A DNA stretch of 63,276 bases, counting the filler, from Octopus bimaculoides (taxonomy: Eukaryota), in NCBI RefSeq assembly GCF_001194135.2. It is 7 parts of 5 records of this genome, joined end to end, with 100 filler letters (N's around TTAATTAATTAA, not from the genome) between each part and the next. Parts side by side here need not be neighbours in the genome. Positions count along the whole stretch, not along the records: positions 11,925 to 18,755 come from NC_068981.1; positions 18,856 to 36,152 come from NC_068981.1; 5 more parts are not named here. One strand, given 5' to 3'. Made by a program: the position numbers and the translations under genes. The notes beneath the pieces are model-generated. The model did not search any database. It had not been told where the DNA came from and saw nothing but the letters and a program-made list of their open reading frames with translations. Positions 11,925 to 25,049 of this stretch are shown here, piece after piece. Position 1 is the first letter of the stretch, and every line of letters begins with the position of its first letter.

Positions 11925-12374
11925 GTTCCGCAGGGCCAGAACGTCAGTCGAGAGTTCTAGTGCTATGCTTTGAAGCATTTGAGAGTGGGCGTTCGACAAA
12001 AGCGACCGGATCTGTGGAGCGCAAGGAATCGGATTCTTCATCGAGCTCTCCTCACTCGTGAGTTTCTCGCCAAAATCAACATGGTATCGCTTCTGCACCC
12101 AATCTGTTCGCCAGATTTAACACCTGCGGACTTCCAATGCTTCCTCAAGATGAAAACTGCAGTGCAAAGGTCGCCGTTTTTAACACCGTTGTTGAAATCC
12201 AGAGCGAATCGCAGAAGGTCCTCGACTCGCTTACGGAAAACGACTTCTAGACGGGATTCCCAAAGTGGCAGGAACGCAAAGTGACTACTTCGACGGAAAT
12301 GATGTTAAAACTTAGGTAAATGAGTTATTCTTTATTAAACATACCTAGTCCAGGAATCTTTTGATGTCACCTCG
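11925..12374 (+). mobile_element. Mariner transposase relic, 3' half with right TIR
   Basis: KRPDLWSARNRILH..., HPICSPDLTPADF (degenerate YSPDLAPSDF); ends gtccaggaatcttttgatgtcacctcg followed by TA. Confidence 0.85.
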
Positions 12375-12376
12375 TA

Positions 12377-12580
12377 TAATATGTATGTATGCATATACAC
12401 ACGTGTGCACACACACGCACACACACATATAATATGTATTCATATGTATGTATGTATACGTGCAGAGAAAGAGAGAAGGAGAGAGAGGGGGGAGAAAGAG
12501 AGAAAGAGAAAGATGTGATGCAATATAGTATATAATATATTATATATGTATAATGTAATACATAATACATAGCTGAAATA
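12377..12580 (-). mobile_element. Short microsatellite-rich retroposon family C (copy 1)
   Basis: Reverse complement matches 14808-14976: ttcagctatgtattat...tatattgcatcacatc, then (CT)n, gtatac and (CATA)n. Confidence 0.7.
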
Positions 12581-13008
12581 TACTTTTATTTATATAAATA
12601 TATAAGGACATATATGCAGGCAGACAAACAGACACAGTGACAGAAATACGCACCAGACAGACAAATAGATAGATTTGTATTATATCAATCTATTTATGAA
12701 GACTTGACAGGTCCAGATACGTCGTACGTAATTTGAATAGAGATTAGATTAGGAGGCTGCAAAGAGGCTAATAGCGAATGACAGATTAAATGAACATAAT
12801 TTACGACAGTAAGCTTCTTATAAGCAGATTATGTAGCAAATATTTGAGAATAGATATGTTCACCTATGTTGCTTTCGAAAGAGTCCCATAATGTTAATTC
12901 AGAATCTTAATTCTAAAAGTAGGTCGTAATAGAATACGCAATCGTCCCATGATAAGTTGGGAAGAGTGATATGTGTGTGAGTGTACGTGTATGTTGTGTA
13001 CGTGTATG

Positions 13009-13126
<118 letters not shown>

Positions 13127-13861
13127 GTGTGTGTGTGCGTGTATGTTAGAGAGAGAGAGAGAGGAAATAAGTACATGCAAACAAACGGCAAAAATGCATG
13201 AATGATATAAATGCATGCATGACGTGAGAGGTTATTCATTCAATTTGTGATGAATACCGACTCCAGCACTAAAATCACAACGTCCAACTTTGCTAAATAA
13301 TAGGTTATTGTTCTGCTTACTTGAATTCATCTTGCATAGCTTTATTACAGACAACGTCGCAGAATACAACTGCAAGAAACATTAACGACGAACAATAACA
13401 TTGAGAAAGGGATATAGAATATTCTTTTTCTGCTATAAATGAAACAAAAATATATGATACATGTAGCTTTTTTATGGTGTTATGGACTCAATCAGGATTT
13501 ATTTATTTGTTATGAAAAGCAAAAAATTATCATTTTGTTGGCTGTATGAATAGAATAATATTATACCGAGATAAACTTCACCCAGAACTAAAAAATTTCA
13601 TGACATTACAATTGCACTAACAGGCAACATTTCTTGAAACGAAACAGAGGGCTGGTAAGTTGGTGACTGTGATTACATTCCGAAAGTGACGAATGCACTT
13701 TTATCCCCAAACGGGTGAATACCACACTTATTAATGTACAACGCGCTGAAGGAGCGATGAGTATTAACACTGGAAATGCATTCCTAATGAAATATTTAAA
13801 AAATCATTATTTCCTTCTTAAAACTCTCACCACAACTATAGACCACACTTGCCTAATATTT

Positions 13862-13950
13862 ACTTCAAATTTTGGCACAAGGCCAGCAAGTTCGGAGGGT
13901 GAGTAAGTCGATTACATCGACATCGTGCTAATGACTGTCAGTTCGTCGCC
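13862..13950 (-). mobile_element. SINE family A remnant
   Basis: ttcaaattttggcacaaggccagcaag...gtaagtcgattacatcgac matches the family A tail. Confidence 0.7.
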
Positions 13951-14099
13951 TTACTAATATTAATAAGAACCTGTGAGTTAATGTAAACAGTGATCGTGGA
14001 TTGAGTTATAACAGAATAAAATCCCCTTTACTTTCGGACATTAACACATGCTTATATGCTCTCCTAACATTTGCAAAATATTATATTCAATATACTATA

Positions 14100-16000
14100 A
14101 GGTAAAGAATGACAAAACTATAAAATACCATCGTATATTTGAAAATAGAGGCAAATGATCGGTGATGTACTAAAGTGTATCAGTTATGTGGGGTTCTTAT
14201 CATGTAAAAATATATAAATAGCGACACTGCTCACAAGCATACAATACTGGAAACTGAAATGCATGGAGTTAATAATAAGTGAACATTTAATAAAACTATA
14301 TTGAAAACCTGTCAGAGAGAAAGCCCAGAATAAGAAGAGAGTAGTTGGATTTGAAATTATTTAGACTTAATTCACTCGAAACTAGTGAGTGAATGTCACA
14401 GACTCCTTCTCAGTTAGATACAAATTCTGTCTGGAGAAAAAGAAGAAAAGAAGAAAAGAAGAAAAAGAAGTATGATGTAACGTGGGTAGAAAAATTATGA
14501 AAGAAATATTGCATAATGCTTTGCACTAAACCAAAAGTTAACAGTTTCAATGATTAAACACTAAATTTTCTAGAAAAAAAAAGCCGGATAGGAAAGCACC
14601 AACAAGGAATCAGATTGCTACTTAGGTATAAATAACTGATCTTCTATTGGCGATATCTAAATGATTTTTATAAGCAATTTCTCAATGAATATAGAAATAT
14701 ATCAAGCTTGTCAGCATGGGCAGAAATAAATCTGATACCAAACCACAAAATCACTCACATGGTAAAAAAAAAATAGCGACCAACTACATTCCAGAATTTA
14801 TGTGGTGGTTCAGCTATGTATTATACATATATATAATATATTACATACTATATTGCATCACATCCCTCTCTTTCTCTCTCCCCACCCTCTCTCTCTCTCT
14901 GCAAGTATACGTGCATACACACACACATACATACATACATACATGCATACATACATACATGCATACATACATACATAATTTATGTGGTGTATTAAGGTGT
15001 ATACAGATTGAACGTGTTCTCTAAGGCCACTATGATAGAATTTCATCATTACTGAGCATGCTGCTAGGAAAAAGGTGTTCAGGATATACTGGGAAAATAA
15101 ATATCATAAATGCGATAGCATAAGAAGAACTTGGTTACGCTTTGGTAAGATTGAAATATGCGATTCTTGCGGATGCTCGCGGGCCTTCAAATCGTTAAAA
15201 TTTCAGAAACCATATTCCGAAAAATAGATAGCTTGGCTTCTTGCTGAAACACAATCCTGAGATACAACAAAGAATGATTTCATTGTTACATAGAGGATAA
15301 AGCATCGCTGAAGATTATTTAAAGGAGACAGCCTTTCCACGATGTTGTTTATAATTCCAATAATCTCATTATCCATCTGAAGGGTGCATAATTAGTTCAT
15401 AGAAAACCTAACGATAACATTACACCTAATGCAAATTTAACACATAACTTCTTTGTGATCTGTTATATATGAGAACATGGCTAATATAAAGTAGACCCTT
15501 GATTTGATTACCGCGTTTTAAAAGGACATCTGGGTGGTGTTTATCAGAATAAATCATAGAACCTGACTGTAAAACGATAAAAGAAAACAACAGACTATTC
15601 TAGCGATACCTTTATCAAGTGTCAGACTGTTTTTCTGATTTGCGATGAGGAATGCCCCGGGTACTAAAGGATAGGTGAAAATGTATTGTATACTAGAACT
15701 TTTAATAAGGAAGCTGAAACTAAGAAATATTGCATTGGGAGAAAAAATATATGGCCTTCAGAATTGTATATAATAAGCCAATGGTTCGCAATGTTCGCTG
15801 TACCAAAATTCATATCAACATTTGGGCTATTCAACTGGACCCAAATTGACATTTAGTCCAATAACATCAGAATCTGAAAACTATTGACCAACACCAAAAT
15901 CTCTGTATTAACTGCTTCTAATATAAAAAAAGACGAGGCAGAGGCTTAAAATCAATCGAAGGAACTTATGAATGTAGAATTATATCCTATCGACAAAAAT
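14100..16000 (+). mobile_element. Highly degenerate RLE-type (R4/Dong-like) LINE, RT region
   Basis: Scattered remnants in the expected order: APG.D.I-like (~14595), GDSLS (~15325), FG.FNWT (~15820), R.GRGLKSIE (~15930). Interrupted by the family C insertion. Confidence 0.55.
14808..14976 (+). mobile_element. Short retroposon family C (copy 2) with 13-bp target-site duplication
   Basis: Exact direct repeat aatttatgtggtg at 14795-14807 and 14977-14989; ends in a (CATA)n tail. Confidence 0.8.
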
Positions 16001-16149
16001 CTATCACATGAAGTAAGTTTAAGAGTATAATCCACTGCAAGTAGTTTTCTTTCGATATTTATAATGCTAATACAGGTTGTACTTTCTATGCAGATCCGCT
16101 TGTGGAACAGGAAAATTCAAACGGGAACAGAATGAAAAGTTGAAAGCAT

Positions 16150-17266
16150 TTTTTGTAACATAGGAAAATTATAAGTATCTAACCGTAGATTTAAGATGTT
16201 TTTTGAAGCATGTGTTTAGTTTTGAATGACATTCGTTTCGCAGCCTATGAGCTCCTCATAAGGGAGATCACACAATAGCTGTCTTTTCTACCCGGCAGCT
16301 TTCTGATGCTACCGCAGAGCATATTAGCCTCGATTTACCTTAAAAATTGGCAGTGAATAGCGGATGTTGGTTAATGAAAACAGTGCACCAGATGCTTGAG
16401 AGAAATTGAACGTTCGTAAATCAGTTGAAGATTGATGTAAAGTTTCAGTGTAGAATACAGCATGTGCATTGAATGAGTGCATTTGATGTTATGGCTGTCT
16501 TTTTGTTTCTGCCATATTTCTGTTCCATTTAGCTTTTTGCTTCTTTCCCATCTCGTTGTATGCTACTCACTATAATAATATAGTGCTATCATATTTCTGC
16601 TAATTGTTCATCTCTTTATTTGTGTTAATATTTTGTGAAGTAAATATTATATTACATCCTTTCTTGTATTTCATTATAGTATATGTTGAGCAAACTAGAT
16701 GACATTCTCTGTTCAAAAACACATGGCCGTAACATTAAATGTCAGGGCTGTGTCTACTTGTTGTTTTATGCAATAAGTACTTCCTGTGCAACGTACCATC
16801 ATCTTATACTGTGTTTATGTTCCAACCCGATCGATGATATTAAAAATCTTTGGCTAATTTATCTTAGAAAATAATTGTTATACTTTTCCTTTTGCGATAG
16901 TCCATATCCGAAATTTGTATTGCTAATAACATTCTGATATTTGTGATCTTATATGTTTGATATCATACAATGTACTTTTTGTCCTTTACGTATTTTGTCC
17001 ATGCCATGTTCTTTTGTTGTATTTGTATGTTGCCGTATTTTTTCTATTCTCCGCTATAATTCTTATGCATCCTTTCCTTCTTCCTTCTGCGTTGTATTAT
17101 GCGTGTTCTATTGACATTTGCTTTTGTTAGTTCGACTTTTTTGTTATGGTTTGTGTGTTTGTGTCGTATTCTAGATGTTATTGTTATTTTGGCAATTATA
17201 ATGCTCAGCCTCATATTTTGTGAGAATGGTTTTTGAATGTTTCGTTACATACTTTGCCTGCTCTGA

Positions 17267-17305
<39 letters not shown>

Positions 17306-18060
17306 CGCGCGCGTGCGGTTTTCAGTACGAAGTGGTATTTGCTGTACACATATCCCGTTATTATTTTATAAGCACGTATTCATTGTTGTTCATATTTGTG
17401 TCTGCTTGTTATTTTGTCTGTATTAGTTCGACAGCCCAAATTCTTTTAAATACCAAATTTTTTAAATTTAGATCGTTTATACATTTAAAATGCTACCTTT
17501 AATATAGAATATAATCTATTTAACTACAAATTATCTTTGAAATAATAAGGAAGTTATAAACTTCAACTTTACTTTATTTGATATTATATGTTTTTAATTG
17601 GGTAAATTATTGAAATTTAGATTGTCTTTCTGGATGTAGACTTAATAAGTTATCTTTTGACAATGTTTCTGGTCAATGTTCTGTATTCATCATTACAAAT
17701 CTTCCTTGCTGTGCGCTTGAATTCCCTTTGATCTGTTCAGTATTTTGAGTTAAAATTCGTTCTCCTAGCTCTCGGAAAAATCGATCTTGTGCTTTTCTAT
17801 ATTTATAATTCACTATTTAGAGCCAAAATTCGTTCTAGCCTGTCTTATATTTGTTGTGCAGTATTTTGAGCTATAATGTTTTATCATTGCTCTTCAGAAC
17901 TTCAGAAAGTTATTCTTGCGTTTGTCATCGTCGAGTTAGCTGCCTTCCATCGTCGTCGACTCTCATTTTCTATCTGACCCATTCTCTGTCTCTTCGATAT
18001 TCTTACTGCTTCACTGCGAAACATGTGTTGCACATTCATATTTGGTCATTCTTAATATAA
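16150..18060 (-). mobile_element. Highly degenerate RTE-like LINE (APE-linker-RT remnants)
   Basis: Minus-strand remnants resembling QID...RRW (APE end, ~17960), EFKRTARKICNDEY (linker, ~17700) and RQ.CVISP (RT, ~16270). Confidence 0.45.
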
Positions 18061-18718
18061 AATATGCTTGAACAACCTGCAATTTCAATAGAATGGAATT
18101 AAAAACTGTAATCTCGAAATAAACCCCTTGCCCTGCATGTCCTGGTCACATGTGACATTGATACGGCTATATTTTTGTTTTATTTTGTATTCAGTAATTG
18201 ATGTTTAAAACACTACAAAAATTGATAATTTTCTTAGTACATTATTTCTAAAATTTTTAAGATTTTAACTATAATTAATAATTATCTATGTGCATCATAA
18301 AGAAATTTCTTGATGCATCATATATTTTACAAAAATTACTATTCCCATTATTTTATATCGTTATTCTTATATCGTATAATTGTTTAAATAAAATGTGCTT
18401 CAACAAACTGTAATTGCAATGGATAAGAATGTAAAAATTATTAAGTTCAAGTAAAGCTTACATGTTCAGGTCTCATGTAACGTTGATATGGTTTTATATT
18501 TTTTATTGCATAAATAATTAATTGTTGGTAAAAAAAAAAATAATAAATTTTTTCTAGGCACACTTAATCTAACAAATTGAAAATTTGATCATTTTTATTG
18601 TGCTATTTTTACGTTATTCTAAAGTTTGAAATATCTTAACCGTAATTAATAAACATTATTAGATATATGATAAAGATATTTCCCGTCATCATACAAAGGA
18701 CAAAAGTTGTTTAGCTTC

Positions 18719-18755
<37 letters not shown>

Positions 18756-18967
18756 NNNNNNNNNNNNNNNNNNNNNNNNNNNNNNNNNNNNNNNNNNNNT
18801 TAATTAATTAANNNNNNNNNNNNNNNNNNNNNNNNNNNNNNNNNNNNNNNNNNNNTAGTTAGTGTGATTAGTGCTAGGATTTGTTATGCTACTGCCATTT
18901 ATTGCGTTTCCATTTAACCCCAGGGTCCTGTTATTCCCATTACTATTGTTGTTAGCAGTGTTAGGAT

Positions 18968-19035
<68 letters not shown>

Positions 19036-19065
19036 GTGTGTGCGTGCGTGCGTGAGTGTGTAACG

Positions 19066-19368
19066 GTTGTTGCCACATTTCGTGTGGCTGTTCCATGAAC
19101 AGCAAATGTTACTATATTTTAATCGCAGGAAATCATCTTTTTCTACTGGTTAACAGTTAACTTGTCTGGTTTATTGTGAGCAAGAGAGTGAACAACTCCC
19201 AGTCCAACAAATCAAAACTAGACGCTTTCTAGGTCCGTTCCCGTCATCAGTACTGGGCGTTTGCCTGCAGACTGTGTGTCGTTAGCCAGCGGGAAAAGAT
19301 GTTTTTTTGGGTTAAAATATAGTAACATTTGTTCTTCATGAAACAGCCACGCAGAACATGGCAACAAC
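19066..19368 (-). mobile_element. Foldback element, ~75-bp inverted arms, with a hammerhead-like motif in the spacer
   Basis: gttgttgccacatttcgtgtggctgttccatgaacagcaaatgttactatattttaa pairs with ttaaaatatagtaacatttgttcttcatgaaacagccacgcagaacatggcaacaac. Confidence 0.8.
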
Positions 19369-19492
19369 TTTATAGTTTAATACTGGTACTGTGTGAATAT
19401 CCCTCGAGATTTAAAACCAGCTACTTTACACACACACAAACACACACATGCACACACACGCAAACACTCTCACACACACTCACGCACCTATA

Positions 19493-19705
19493 CGAGGAGT
19501 GCTGTAAATGTTCCTGGCTTTGTGTAAAAAAAGTACAGGAGGATAGGTTAATTACGATTTTACTCAACATATTTTCCTCTCTGCTTCATACGCGTATTGC
19601 AGCACTCCTTCAGTTTTTCTAAGCCAAGTAAAAGTACTCGGAAAGTTGGCCTTCCAACGAAGCCTTTTGCGACACTGTTAAAGACAATAACTTTTCAGCG
19701 TCTCC

Positions 19706-19709
<4 letters not shown>
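19493..19709 (+). mobile_element. Mariner-type element, 5' end (TIR after TA)
   Basis: TA|cgaggagtgctgtaaatgttcctggctt resembles mariner TIRs, including the reverse complement of the 12374 end; runs into (TA)n and a gap. Confidence 0.55.
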
Positions 19710-19742
<33 letters not shown>

Positions 19743-20013
19743 NNNNNNNNNNNNNNNNNNNNNNNNNNNNNNNNNNNNNNNNNNNNNNNNNNNNNNNNNN
19801 NNNNNNNNNNNNNNNNNNNNNNNNNNNNNNNNNNNNNNNNNNNNNNNNNNNNNNNNNNNNNNNNNNNNNNNNNNNNNNNNNNNNNNNNNNNNNNNNNNNN
19901 NNNNNNNNNNNNNNNNNNNNNNNNNNNNNNNNNNNNNNNNNNNNNNNNNNNNNNNNNNNNNNNNNNNNNNNNNNNNNNNNNNNNNNNNNNNNNNNNNNNN
20001 NNNNNNNNNNNNN

Positions 20014-20057
<44 letters not shown>

Positions 20058-20974
20058 TTGTGTATGTATGTATGTATACACACATAAATATATACATACA
20101 TCTTGAATCTTTTATTTGTTTCAGTCATTTGACAGCGGCCATGCTGGAATTATTTTTTGAAGCCAAAACAATGCAAGATATAAGAAATAATGCAGGTCGA
20201 TGGTTCGCACTTTTATCTTGTATTTATATATTTCAGAGATGTTCTAAAAAATGGGCACTAAACCTGAAATATAGAAATACCACGTAAACGTACTATTCAT
20301 AATTTGCATTGTTTTGGTTTTATCTATAATTTGTATTCTTTTGGTTTTATGAAAACATAATTAAAAACATTTGTACGCATACACACATACACATACACCC
20401 ACACTTATACACACACACGCGCGCACACTCACTCTCACGCACATACACACATGTGCATATATATGTATAAATGTAGATGGACAATGATGCAAATTTATAT
20501 ATTTTCATGGTGTAGTAGCGGTCAAGCAACGGTGTCCAAGCTCATGGCATTGTTTGTTCTGCAAGACTGATAACGTCAGTTACCGTATCAGTTTGAATAT
20601 TTGTACATGTACGTTTACGGGAGGTAGAGTGGTAAGAAAGGTATCAACACGATTTAAACGTATAGAAAGGAAAATTTGAAAGATGAAGTTAATTCAGTAA
20701 CAAGGCAGAAAGAATGGCAGATAGGCGACTGTAGAGGAAACGAAAGCCTGTTTGATTCTACGGAGGTAGTATGTTGTCTGATACTTCAGAAGATTACGGA
20801 CCCTTTTATAAGCTTATAAAAAAAAAAATTTGTGTTAGTCATATGAGGTCAAGTGGTGGGCCATTCTTCGGATGCAATATGAGAGATGTACATTCAGGTG
20901 GATAAATACACATCCACTTATACATACATGTACACATACATACATGCATACGTACATATGTATGTATACACACA

Positions 20975-21024
<50 letters not shown>

Positions 21025-21629
21025 CATATACAAACACACACACACATATATATCATATATTTATATATATATAGGTAATAACAAACAGTCCACAACTTAT
21101 CTTAGTATTTTGTCCCGTACTTGTTTCTCATTGTGTGTTTACGTATTTTTCGCTCGCTGGTGATGTCCTGTATTTAAGATGTATTTTTTAAATATTATAT
21201 ATATATATATATNNNNNNNNNNNNNNNNNNNNNNNNNNNNNNNNNNNNNNNNNNNNNNNNNNNNNNNNNNNNNNNNNNNNNNNNNNNNNNNNNNNNNNNN
21301 NNNNNNNNNNNNNNNNNNNNNNNNNNNNNNNNNNNNNNNNNNNNNNNNNNNNNNNNNNNNNNNNNNNNNNNNNNNNNNNNNNNNNNNNNNNNNNNNNNNN
21401 NNNNNNNNNNNNNNNNNNNNNNNNNNNNNNNNNNNNNNNNNNNNNNNNNNNNNNNNNNNNNNNNNNNNNNNNNNNNNNNNNNNNNNNNNNNNNNNNNNNN
21501 NNNNNNNNNNNNNNNNNNNNNNNNNNNNNNNNNNNNNNNNNNNNNNNNNNNNNNNNNNNNNNNNNNNNNNNNNNNNNNNNNNNNNNNNNNNNNNNNNNNN
21601 NNNNNNNNNNNNNNNNNNNNNNNNNNNNN

Positions 21630-21682
<53 letters not shown>

Positions 21683-21686
<4 letters not shown>

Positions 21687-22262
21687 AAACGCAGATGTCA
21701 TTCAAACGTTTTTACTTCCGAAATATGTTTCGAGAAAACATTGGTATTATTCCAGAAGGAATAAAATGATATAAAACATTGCAATCTTCTCATCAGTGAA
21801 AAAAAGACAGACAGAAACGCGCCAATAAGATATTTTAACCGAATGTGATTATTGTGTGTATAATGAAGGGAACGCTGGTAAGTTATTTTTACGAGTCTAT
21901 AAAATTCGACCTTTAAGTGTCTTCTTACATTTCATTTCCTCTATTTCCACGCCTTTAATCTTTTTTCCTATTGACCCGTAGCACTATATTTCTCCACTCT
22001 TAGTTTTCTGATAATTTATTTCTTCCTTCTCCTTCTCTTTCTATAAATTGCCTTTGACGTATCTATTAACGTTTAAAAAAAAAAAAAAAAAACTTACAGC
22101 GTTCCCTTCATCATATATGCAGTTATCACTTTCGGTTAAAATGTCTTATTGGTGCGTTTTGTTTCTCCTTTTTTTCTCTGATTGCGTTGTTTACATCATT
22201 ATATTCCTTCTTCGAAATATAAGTCGGAAGTATTAAGATTTGAATAACAGCTGCGTTTAACT
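21683..22262. mobile_element. Large foldback element (~200-bp imperfect inverted arms)
   Basis: agttaaacgcagatgtcattcaaa...aatgaagggaacgctggtaagtt pairs with aacttacagcgttcccttcatca...ttgaataacagctgcgtttaact, with indels; pyrimidine-rich spacer. Confidence 0.8.
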
Positions 22263-23429
22263 TAATTAATTTATTTATCTATGGTATCAAAAACATTTCA
22301 TTAAACCCTGAAATTTCTACCTTTATAAATAGGCTGTTACAGGATAGCTTATGTAAAATTTTGCTACCCTGGTAACTTTTTTCGTGTAATTTGCATACAT
22401 TGAAAAAATACACATACATTTATATATATATATATATTTTTTTTCATATGTACATAACTATACACATACAAACACACGCATTCACACAAACAAATACACA
22501 CACATATATGGGTGAATGGTTGGATGAATGGACTATATAATTTTATATTCTATCTTATCATCACAAGTCATTCGAAAATTTGAATGGGTTCTTCGAGATC
22601 TGGATTTTCAGTCTCATGAAACGATACCGTTGTAATTTGACAGAATGTTCAATACTGTCACACAGACTTTTATGTTAGCATTCAGCTTCTATTTAAAGAC
22701 TCAGAAGCATTGTTGAGGATGAAGTATTTAGAGTAGCGCAGTAAATTATATATTTTCGCAAAAGTTAAGTTTTGTTTAGATTATAACTAAAATATCACTA
22801 TTATATGGCTGGATAATATGCTACATCTATAGTAATTAAAATATCAGTTTTTAATGCTGCTCACACCTACCCGTTGAGCATTTACAGGATTATCAGGTTT
22901 TGCCATTGGTTGGCGAGATTAATGATTCAGATTTAACTTATCGAAGAGGCAAAAGGAGAATTTGAAGGTGTTCGGATTATCTTTTTGTTGATTGTTCATA
23001 GAATTATTGACTGACATACAAGGTGATTTACAGCACTTATTGCCAGCGGCGACGTTCCTCAAATTAGCCGTGAAACTATCGGAGACATTTAAATTTTCAT
23101 AATTTGGAATCTTTATGACCTCTAGTGTAATAATTCTAGATTCAATTTAGAAAGCTATTGACATTCAACAGAGTATTAAACGAGATTGTTTAAAGTGACT
23201 TTTTTCAGGTTCAACAATCTTTGAGCTATATCAGTTTAATAAATACCCTTAATCCTTTCATGAATCCATTATTATTCCCCATCGCTTTTCCTTAATAGCT
23301 TGCAGCATTAAGTTATTGCTGTCTGAATATATGCTGGAGGTTCTTATGCAAATGGATGTGGTGTAAAAGTTAAAGTTTCTGTCAGGTTAAATTTTGCTTT
23401 CTTTACTAATTACCGTTATGTTTTATTTT

Positions 23430-23844
23430 CTATCTGTAACTAGTTTCAGTAATTAGACTACGGCCATACTGGGACACTGCCTTTGAACAACTTTTAACCG
23501 AATAAACCAACCCCAGTGCGTATTCTTTTTATTTTTAAGCCTGGTACTTATGCTATCGTTCTCTATTGCCCAACCGCTAAGTTACGGAGGAGTAAACACG
23601 CCAGCACTAGTTGTCAAGCGGTGATGAGCGACAAACACATACACACACATACACACACATACACACACATACACACATATACGACGGGCTTCTCTCAGTT
23701 TCAGTCTACCAAATCCGCTCACGCGGCTTTAGTCGGACCAAGGTTATAGTAGAAGACACTTGCCCAAGGTGTCATGCAGTAGGATCGAGCCTGGAACCAA
23801 GAGATTGCGAAGCAAGCTTCTTACCACACAACCACGTCTGCACC
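23430..23844 (-). mobile_element. Near full-length SINE family B with internal (CA)n microsatellite
   Basis: tRNA-like head at the right end on the minus strand, internal (CA)n, and a tail matching 8700-8900 and 9461-9662. Confidence 0.85.
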
Positions 23845-24440
23845 CACATTATGACTTAAAGTTACGTCTAGAAGATCGACAATTGAGAAGTTAGTAATTA
23901 CATAAACATTTAGTCTAAATACCTTGAAAGTCATAATTAGATTCTTCTTTATCCTCTGTAGACCGTACGCTCTTATATGTTGGAAATAGACCATCATTTA
24001 TATAGTTGTCTATGGCCGAACTAGGGAATCAACAATTAAGTTTGCGAAAGAAAAATAATTGAAATTTGATTACACACCTGCATCCCTTCACAACAACTTA
24101 AGTGACATTAATACTGTTCTAATACAATCGCAGCTCAAGAGCAAGTTATTTCCTTAAACTATGTAACTTCAACTCTCGAGTTATTCAACATTAGTCTAGC
24201 AGAATTTTTAAATTGCATCATTTTTTTCGACTAAGTATGTGTTTGCTAACTCTATCCAGTGTATCTTTCGCAGCTATATTAGATTGCATTAGCGGTTTGT
24301 GGGTAAAGGTTTCGATGTTCTTTATAGGGACTATATATGTGTCCTGCAGTGAGATAAACTGCTATTTCGTTGCGAGTTTGAGTCTTTTTGTTATTACTTG
24401 CGGTTCTTGGTTAATGTCATGATGTCTATTTGTTCTAAGT

Positions 24441-24650
24441 CGGTGAACTGGCAGAGTCGTCAGCTCGCCAGGCGAAATGCTTAGAAGTATTTCGTCTGTC
24501 GCTACGTTCTGAGTTCAAATTCCGCCGAGGTCGATTTTGCGTTTCATTCTTTTGAGGTCTACAAATTAAATACCAGTCAAACATTGAGGTCGATGTAATG
24601 GACTTATCCCCCTTCTCTAAAATGGCTGTCCTTGTAGCATAATTTTAAAC
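24441..24650 (+). mobile_element. SINE family A
   Basis: gaactggcagagtcg...gagttcaaattccgccgaggtcgattttgc...taccagtc. Confidence 0.85.
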
Positions 24651-24920
24651 TATTATATGTATTTGTTCTACATTGTCAGTTCGTGTGCTGGGTTCTTTAA
24701 TGGTTTTGCATAATAATCTTTAAGTATTTGTTTGTACCGATAGTTTATCGTATCACAAAAACATACATGCTTTTGGAATTCCTAATAGTCACGACATCAG
24801 ATTTAGCTGTACACTAGAACACTTTGTTATGACAATGCATTCTTCTCAGATGACTAACTTAAGGATAACCTACAGATATGAAAATTTCAGAAGCAAAATT
24901 ACAAGTAACAAATCAGATAT

Positions 24921-24951
<31 letters not shown>

Positions 24952-25049
24952 ATAAACTTAGATAAATTTAGATATATTTCAGTGAAAATTGGCTCAGCTC
25001 TTGCCGAAATTAATAGCACCACCTCATCTGTCAAGTAATTTTTTATATT

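Noticed and set aside
13321-13654. Mini-exon-like segments (minus 13321-13369; plus 13624-13654)
   Set aside because: Plausible splice sites but opposite strands, no linked exons and no recognisable peptide; expected by chance in AT-rich DNA.
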